Assembly: GCA_963740355.1 (NCBI GenBank)
Contig: CAVUDW010000002.1
Coordinates: 128,001-192,000, forward strand
Length of the DNA: 64,000 nucleotides
Direction of reading: 5' to 3'
Origin: an uncultured Gemmatimonadaceae bacterium
GTDB lineage: Bacteria > Gemmatimonadota > Gemmatimonadetes > Gemmatimonadales > Gemmatimonadaceae
Part shown: in pieces, positions 58,272-64,000 of the stretch
Numbering within the stretch: the first letter of the stretch is position 1
Layout of the letters: the number at the start of each line of letters is the position of its first letter
Translations under genes and position numbers: made by a program
The notes under the pieces: model-generated
What the model was told of the DNA's origin: nothing
What the model saw: only the letters and a program-made list of their open reading frames with translations
Databases searched by the model: none

Positions 58272-60354
58272 GTGGCAACTCCCAGGTGGCAACGGACGTG
58301 AGATTGACCGACGCCGGCAATTCGGCGAGGCTGATGACCGGGACGTTGGGGAGTACCGGTTCGATGAGGCGGCGCACGCCGACACGCAGCGTGGGCGGGG
58401 TGATCAACGGCAGCGGACGACCTTCCACCGAGTACATGGTGGCAATGCCATTCAGTTCGCGCAGCAGCGTGGCGAGTGTGTCGGGATTGAGCAGCGACAT
58501 GCCCTGCTGCGTGCCACGCGGACTGAAGAGACCCATCAGCGACGCTTCGAGGCGCGGACCGATCGTGACACCGCGCACACTGCCGGTCATGTCGAGGAAC
58601 AAGCGGCTGATGGAATTGGCCAGTGCGCGACGGACGAACTCTGTCAGCTGCTCCGGATCCTTCGACTGCTCTGCCGCGTCGCCCAATGCTTCGAGAATCG
58701 AGACGAGGTCGCGGATCGGCACACGCTCGCGCAGCAGGCGCTGCAGCACGCGATGCAGCGTGCCCAGGTTAATGCGGCCGGGGATGATTTCCTCGACCAG
58801 CGCTGGATGACTCTTCTTCAGCGCGTCAACCATCTCCTGCACATCCTGGCGGCCGAGCAGATCGGCAGCATGCATCTTGAGCGTTTCCATCAGGTGCGTG
58901 GCGATCACCGTTGACGGCTCGACCACTACCCATCCAGCAGCTTCAGCTTCGACACGTGCCTGTGCGGTGATCCACTTCGCCGGCATGCCGAAACTGGGAT
59001 CGACGGTATCCATGCCGTCGATCTCCTGCATCACGCCACCGGTGTTGAGTGCGAGCAGGAAACGCGGCATGACTTCGGCGCGCGCCACTTCGGCACCGCG
59101 GATCTTGACGATGTATTCGTTCGCCGGGAGGCGGATGTCATCTCGGATGCGAATCGCCGGCACCAGGATGCCGAGTTCCTGCGCGCCCTGCTTGCGCAGC
59201 AAGGAGATGCGCTCGAGGAGGTCGCCGCCCTGCTTTTCGTCGATCAACGGGATGACGGCGTAGCCGACTTCCAGTTCGATCGGATCGATCTGCAGCAGGT
59301 CCTGCATCGGATCGGTGGTGGCGGGCAGCGCCGGCTTCGGTGTGTCGAGAATCAGCTGCGCGGCTTCGCTGCGTACTTCGATGGCGGTTGCACTGCGCGC
59401 CACGAATGCCATCGTGCCGGCCAGTGCGAAGAACGGGAACGCTGGCAGGCCAGGCATGAGTCCGAAGCTGGCCAGCACGCCGGCGGCAATCCACAATGCG
59501 CGTGGTTGACGGGCGAGCTGGCCGGTGATCACATCACCCATGCCTCGACCGTTGTTCGCCGAGTTGGTGACCATCAAGCCAGCGGCGACCGAGATGATCA
59601 ACGCTGGGATCTGACTCACCAGGCCTTCACCGACGGTCAGCATGACGTACTTGTTGGCGGCGGCGGCGAGCGGCAATCCCTTCTGCATCACGCCGATCAC
59701 GATGCCGCCAATGATGTTGATGCCGGTGATGAGCAGCGCGGCAACCGCGTCGCCCTTCACGAACTTCGATGCACCGTCCATCGAGCCGAAGAAGTCGGCC
59801 TGTTGCGACACACGTTCGCGACGGATGCGTGCGGCACCTTCGTCGATCAGGCCAGCGGCGAGATCGGCGTCGATCGCCATCTGCTTGCCGGGCATGGCAT
59901 CGAGGGTGAAGCGGGCGGCGACTTCGGCCACGCGTCCTGCACCCTTGGTGATGACGACGAAGTTGATCGCCAGCAGGATCAGGAAGACGACGATGCCGAC
60001 GACGTAGTTGCCGCGCAGGATGAATGTGCCGAACGCCTGGATGATGCTGCCAGCGTGGCCTTCACCGAGGATCAGCCGCGTCGAGCTGACGTTCAGGCCG
60101 AGGCGGAAGAGCGTGAGGATGAAGAGGACGGCGGGGAACGACGAGAACTCGAGCGGATCCTTGGTCGACAGCGCGACCAGCAGCACCACCAGTGCGCTGG
60201 CGATGCTGGAGGCCAGCAGCAGGTCGAGAATGACAGCAGGGAGCGGAACGACGAGCAGCGAGATGATCGCGACGACGCCGATGGCGAGGGCGATTTCTGC
60301 CGTGCGGGCAGGCTTTGCAGCGCCCGAAGGCAGCGCGGCCGCTGCACTGCTCAC
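58261..60354 (-). CDS. flhA: Flagellar export protein FlhA
   Basis: 'RVAEVAARFTLDAMPGKQMAIDADL', 'GSMDGASKFVKGD'. Confidence 0.96.
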   Translation of the reverse strand: MSSAAAALPSGAAKPARTAEIALAIGVVAIISLLVVPLPAVILDLLLASSIASALVVLLVALSTKDPLEFSSFPAVLFILTLFRLGLNVSSTRLILGEGHAGSIIQAFGTFILRGNYVVGIVVFLILLAINFVVITKGAGRVAEVAARFTLDAMPGKQMAIDADLAAGLIDEGAARIRRERVSQQADFFGSMDGASKFVKGDAVAALLITGINIIGGIVIGVMQKGLPLAAAANKYVMLTVGEGLVSQIPALIISVAAGLMVTNSANNGRGMGDVITGQLARQPRALWIAAGVLASFGLMPGLPAFPFFALAGTMAFVARSATAIEVRSEAAQLILDTPKPALPATTDPMQDLLQIDPIELEVGYAVIPLIDEKQGGDLLERISLLRKQGAQELGILVPAIRIRDDIRLPANEYIVKIRGAEVARAEVMPRFLLALNTGGVMQEIDGMDTVDPSFGMPAKWITAQARVEAEAAGWVVVEPSTVIATHLMETLKMHAADLLGRQDVQEMVDALKKSHPALVEEIIPGRINLGTLHRVLQRLLRERVPIRDLVSILEALGDAAEQSKDPEQLTEFVRRALANSISRLFLDMTGSVRGVTIGPRLEASLMGLFSPRGTQQGMSLLNPDTLATLLRELNGIATMYSVEGRPLPLITPPTLRVGVRRLIEPVLPNVPVISLAELPASVNLTSVATWELPHAA

Positions 60355-60593
60355 GCGATGGCTCCGGTGCGCGTGTGCGCGGTCGGTGCGTCATAGGTCG
60401 TGCCGAGGCGGGACGACGGGGCGCGGAATCGTGTGGTGCGAGCGGCCGGCACTTCGAGGCGACGGGTCGAGCCGTTCGACGGCGCGTCGTAGCGTGTGAT
60501 GGTGCGGGCAGCGGGTGCGTCGTAGCGGCGAGTATGTCCGTCGGCCGGCTGATAGCCGTAGCCGGAGCGGGACAGGGTGCGGGAGGCGGCCAT
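60351..60593 (-). CDS. Small Arg/Thr-rich protein with YDAP repeats (80 aa)
   Basis: GAGGA RBS, ATG 60593, stop overlaps the flhA start (GTGA); fills the fliQ-flhA gap. Confidence 0.6.
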   Translation of the reverse strand: MAASRTLSRSGYGYQPADGHTRRYDAPAARTITRYDAPSNGSTRRLEVPAARTTRFRAPSSRLGTTYDAPTAHTRTGAIA

Positions 60594-60604
60594 GGTGTCG
60601 TTCC

Positions 60605-60874
60605 TCAGGCCGCGAACTGGGGCAGACCGCGGAACAGCTCGGTCGTGAACTTCACGAGCAGCTGCACCATCCACGGCAGGGCCACGAGGAAGATCGCCGA
60701 GACACCGACGAGCTTCGGCAGGAAGACGAGGGTCTGTTCCTGGATCTGCGTGACGCTCTGGAAGATCGAGACGGCGAGTCCGATGCCGAGGGAGACGGCC
60801 AACATCGGGGCCGAGACCAGCAGCGAGAGCAGGATGGCGTTGCGAGCGAGGTCGACGATCTGTGCGTGTGACAT
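60605..60874 (-). CDS. fliQ: Flagellar export protein FliQ
   Basis: 'SIFQSVTQIQEQTLVFLPK', 89 aa. Confidence 0.93.
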   Translation of the reverse strand: MSHAQIVDLARNAILLSLLVSAPMLAVSLGIGLAVSIFQSVTQIQEQTLVFLPKLVGVSAIFLVALPWMVQLLVKFTTELFRGLPQFAA

Positions 60875-60909
60875 TGAGCCGTGTGGGGTCAGGGACGGTC
60901 TCAAGCAGA

Positions 60910-61062
60910 AGCACGGGCGGTGCCATATCAGGACGGGCTGGGCCATTCGACCTAACTCGTTGATTGACAATGCTTTATACGTTGTAGCGTTGAGCCGGCT
61001 GAACCTGCCGAATCGACCAATCCGGCAGGTGTTGCCGAGTGTGGGGGCGGCGCGGATTGCCG
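60910..61062 (-). promoter_or_regulatory. sigma54 promoter D (fliQ-flhA-flhF-fliA operon) with enhancer boxes and 25-bp box
   Basis: Minus strand TGGCACCGCCCGTGCT (GG at 60924/60923); 25-bp box 60953-60977; CGGC-N7-GCCG at 60996-61010, 61023-61037, 61048-61062. Confidence 0.8.
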
Positions 61063-61227
61063 CCAGAGGTGTCAGGGGATCGGACGGTCCGGTGCAATCG
61101 GCGAGTGGCGCTGGCGGTCGGGAATGCCGTGCGCGGCAAAAAAAGACAGTGCTCACGCCACTCGGCGCAAACACTGTCGGTATGACTCCAGGCGACACTC
61201 GGTGCTCGAGTGTCAGACCGAGATCAG

Positions 61228-62325
61228 CTAGTCATCGATCGTATGGGTACCGGCCCACTGACGCCCGAACTTTTCCTTCTGCCGCATCACGAAGGCCAGC
61301 ACTTCGGCGACGGCCACATACAACTCGATCGGGATCTGCGTCCCTGGGCCAGCCTTGCTGGCGAGGAGCGCACGTGCCACCGGAATGTTCTCCACCACCG
61401 GCACCCCGTGCTCGAAGGCCAGCTTCTTGATCCGCTCGGCGATCTTGCGCTGGCCGATCGCGACGATGATCGGGGCCGGTGCCACCATCGGGTCGTACTT
61501 GATCGCGACCGCGATGTGGATCGGGTTCACGATCACGACGTCGGCGGTGGCGACGTTGGACATCATGCGCTTGCGGGTCAGCGCGCGCTGGGCGCTGCGG
61601 ATGCGCTGCTTGTTCATCGGATCGCCGTCGGCATCGCGCGCCTCGTCCTTCAGCTCCTGCTTCGACATCATCAGGCTCTTGTGCCAGCGCCACCACTGGA
61701 AGCCATAGTCGGCGGCACCGAGCGCGATGAAGGCGATGCCGGCGTGACGGAGCAGGTCGATCGCATGCTTCTGGAAAAGGACAGCGACCCCCATCGGACC
61801 ATGCTGTGCCAGTCCGAGCACATCGCGCCACATGTCATCCACTGCGCTATACACGACGCTGCCGATGATGATCAGCTTGACGATGCTCTTGACCAGGTTC
61901 GCGATGCCCTGCGACCCGAACATGCTCTTGAAGTTGTTGAGCGGATTGAGCTTCTGCCACGACGGCTCGAGCGGCTTGAGGCTGAGAATGCCGCGGGCCT
62001 GCAGGGCGTTGGCCACGAGACTGATGCCGGCGAACGCACCGATCAACAGTGACAGCTGGCCGAGGGTACGCCAGCCGAGTGCAATCGTGTCATACAACAG
62101 GTCCTGCGGTTCGCGCAGGTTGGCGCCGGCGTTGTAGAGGCCTGCGGTCATCGTCTGGACGAGATACCGCCCCATGGCTGGCGCCACATTTGCAAACACG
62201 ACCGCCGCACCGAACAACATCGCCGCCGTCGTGAACTCGGCGCTGCGCGGGATGTTGCCCTTCTCTCGTTCATCCGAGAGTCGTTTGCCAGATGGGTCTT
62301 CTGTCTTGTCGGTATCGTCGGCCAT
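61228..62325 (-). CDS. flhB: Flagellar export protein FlhB
   Basis: 'DKTEDPSGKRL', 'MSKQELKDE...DGDP', 'VIVNPIH', 'VENIPVARAL'. Confidence 0.95.
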   Translation of the reverse strand: MADDTDKTEDPSGKRLSDEREKGNIPRSAEFTTAAMLFGAAVVFANVAPAMGRYLVQTMTAGLYNAGANLREPQDLLYDTIALGWRTLGQLSLLIGAFAGISLVANALQARGILSLKPLEPSWQKLNPLNNFKSMFGSQGIANLVKSIVKLIIIGSVVYSAVDDMWRDVLGLAQHGPMGVAVLFQKHAIDLLRHAGIAFIALGAADYGFQWWRWHKSLMMSKQELKDEARDADGDPMNKQRIRSAQRALTRKRMMSNVATADVVIVNPIHIAVAIKYDPMVAPAPIIVAIGQRKIAERIKKLAFEHGVPVVENIPVARALLASKAGPGTQIPIELYVAVAEVLAFVMRQKEKFGRQWAGTHTIDD

Positions 62326-62332
62326 CGGTCTG

Positions 62333-63136
62333 CTACTTCACGCCTGACAGCATGGGACCGATGTACCGGTTCAGCATCTCGTCGTGATACGACGTCCAGC
62401 CGGTGAACCAGACGGCGGTGAGGCTGAGCGCGGCGGCGAGGGTGAAGAGACCGGCAACGATCTGCAGTGGGAAGGCGACGGTGATGATCTGCAGCTGCGG
62501 AGCCGCGCGCGTCAGGATTGCGAGCGAGACGTTGGTCAGCATCGTGGCCGCCATCACGGGCGCGGAGAACATCACGCCGAGTGAAATCAACTGGCCACCC
62601 ATCTTCGACATCGCCAGCATGCCGGCGCTGAGATCGGGCACGGTGCCGATCGGGATCACATCGAGCGAGGTGCCAAGGCTGTTGATCATGACCAGATGCC
62701 CGCCGCTGGAGAACAGCAGCAGGGTGACGAAGGCCGTCATGAACTGACCGAGCACCGGCACCTGGATGTTCGTCATCGGATCGAGCACACTGGCGCCGGC
62801 GAGGCCCATCTGCACCGACATCAGGTCGCCGGATGCCGATGCAGCGCCCAGCACCAGCGCCGTGCCGAGCCCAAGGCCGAAGCCGACGAGTGTCTCGCTG
62901 AACAGCGTCAACGGCGTCAGGATCGGTAGCGAGTGCGCGTGTGCACGTGCCACCGGAACCAGCACCACCGAAAACAACACCAGGATCGCGGTACGAAGCT
63001 TCATCGGCACCGACTTCGAGGTGAAGACCGGTGCGATCAGCAGCAGTCCACCGATGCGCGCGGCGAGCAGGATGAACGAGGCGGCGCCGGCGGAAGTCAG
63101 CAGGTCCGGAATGGCCGCCGTGACGGCGGAATTCAC
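62333..63136 (-). CDS. fliR: Flagellar export protein FliR
   Basis: 'RIGGLLLIAPVF', 'QMGL', 'RAAPQLQI'; GTG start overlaps the fliP stop. Confidence 0.92.
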   Translation of the reverse strand: MNSAVTAAIPDLLTSAGAASFILLAARIGGLLLIAPVFTSKSVPMKLRTAILVLFSVVLVPVARAHAHSLPILTPLTLFSETLVGFGLGLGTALVLGAASASGDLMSVQMGLAGASVLDPMTNIQVPVLGQFMTAFVTLLLFSSGGHLVMINSLGTSLDVIPIGTVPDLSAGMLAMSKMGGQLISLGVMFSAPVMAATMLTNVSLAILTRAAPQLQIITVAFPLQIVAGLFTLAAALSLTAVWFTGWTSYHDEMLNRYIGPMLSGVK

Positions 63137-64000
63137 CGGAAGCTCTGCACGAGGCCCGTGACGACCAGCCCCCACCCATCGACCAGCACGAACAACAGCA
63201 GCTTGAATGGCAGCGAGATCATGGCTGGCGGCAACATCACCATGCCCATGCTCATCAGCACCGAGCCGACGACGACGTCGATCACGATGAACGGCAGGAA
63301 GAGTGCGAAGCCGATCTGGAACGAGGTGCGCAGCTCGCTGGTGACGAAGGCGCTCATCAGGATCGTGAGCGGCACGGCTTCACGTGACTCGGGCTGCTTG
63401 ATATCCGCGAGGTCGACGAAGGTCTGCAGGTCCTGGTCGCGCACCTGTCGCAGCATGAATGCCTTGAACGGCACCACCGCGCGCGACATCATCTCGACCT
63501 GCTCGATCTTGCCATCCATCCACGGTTCGAGCGCGTTCGTGTTGACGTCCTTGAGCGTCGGGCCCATCACGAAGCCGCTCAGCAACAACGCCATCGCGGC
63601 CAGCAACTGCCCTGGTGGTGCGGACTGTGTGCCCAGTGCCTGCTTGAGGAAATGCAGCACGATGAGGATGCGCGTGAAGCCCGTCATCATCAGCAGCAAC
63701 ACGGGGAGCATCGAGAGCAGGCCCATCATGACCACGACACCAACTGTGCCGCTCATGCGGAGCCCTTCGCCTGCACCGCCGCCGCCGATCTTGAGGTCCA
63801 TCTGTGGCGCCAGCTTGGCGATCATGCTGTCAGCACGCCCTGCGATGCGCTGTGCTTCCTGTGTGGTGAGCGGGCCATTGCCTTCGGCGCGCTTCTGCAG
63901 TGCGGCGATGTCTCGCGCCTGCGGGGCCGGCATCAGCGGAGAAATCGTGGCTTCGCCACCGCTCTTCGATCCGGTGGCTGCTGGCTTCGACGGACTCGGC
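63133..64000 (-). CDS. fliP: Flagellar export protein FliP (5' end beyond the window)
   Basis: 'MTGFTRI', 'LGTQSAPP', 'SELRTSFQIGF', 'LPFKLLLFVLVDGW'; frame open to the window edge. Confidence 0.94.
   Translation of the reverse strand, partial: PSPSKPAATGSKSGGEATISPLMPAPQARDIAALQKRAEGNGPLTTQEAQRIAGRADSMIAKLAPQMDLKIGGGGAGEGLRMSGTVGVVVMMGLLSMLPVLLLMMTGFTRILIVLHFLKQALGTQSAPPGQLLAAMALLLSGFVMGPTLKDVNTNALEPWMDGKIEQVEMMSRAVVPFKAFMLRQVRDQDLQTFVDLADIKQPESREAVPLTILMSAFVTSELRTSFQIGFALFLPFIVIDVVVGSVLMSMGMVMLPPAMISLPFKLLLFVLVDGWGLVVTGLVQSFR

Overview
GC-rich bacterial window; gene content and TonB/flagellar style suggest a Gemmatimonadota-like organism (inference only). The left third is housekeeping and accessory: cupin/TetR, TonB, SorAB-like sulfite oxidase plus cytochrome c, L,D-transpeptidase, type III glutamine synthetase, deoxynucleoside kinase, tRNA-Cys, SDR-ACAD-APH cluster, YceI, a PAS kinase, FKBP, DinB and an ABC exporter. 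From about 22.6 kb onward it is a motility locus: an EAL-HDOD protein, an IS3 element inside a repeat-rich spacer, motAB, a 19-kb 13-gene glycan-biosynthesis island (two AsnB-type amidotransferases, a radical SAM/SPASM enzyme, GNAT, DegT, an epimerase, five glycosyltransferases), then csrA, flgK-N-J-I-H-A-G-F, a Fic gene, fliA, flhF, flhA, fliQ, flhB, fliR and a truncated fliP. Strongest non-obvious signals: (1) five sigma54-type promoters (three in the glycan island, two at flagellar operons) share one architecture: CGGC-N7-GCCG enhancer boxes plus a 25-bp double-IHF-like box lying 6, 6, 6, 17 or 28 bp from the -24 GG, i.e. in helical phase; (2) a His-less PAS kinase with an intact ATPase domain and a separate His-bearing protein with a degenerate ATPase domain, possibly a split kinase; (3) a 19-bp REP-like repeat in 9 identical copies, interleaved with the same 25-bp box. 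All calls come from reading motifs; no database searches were run.
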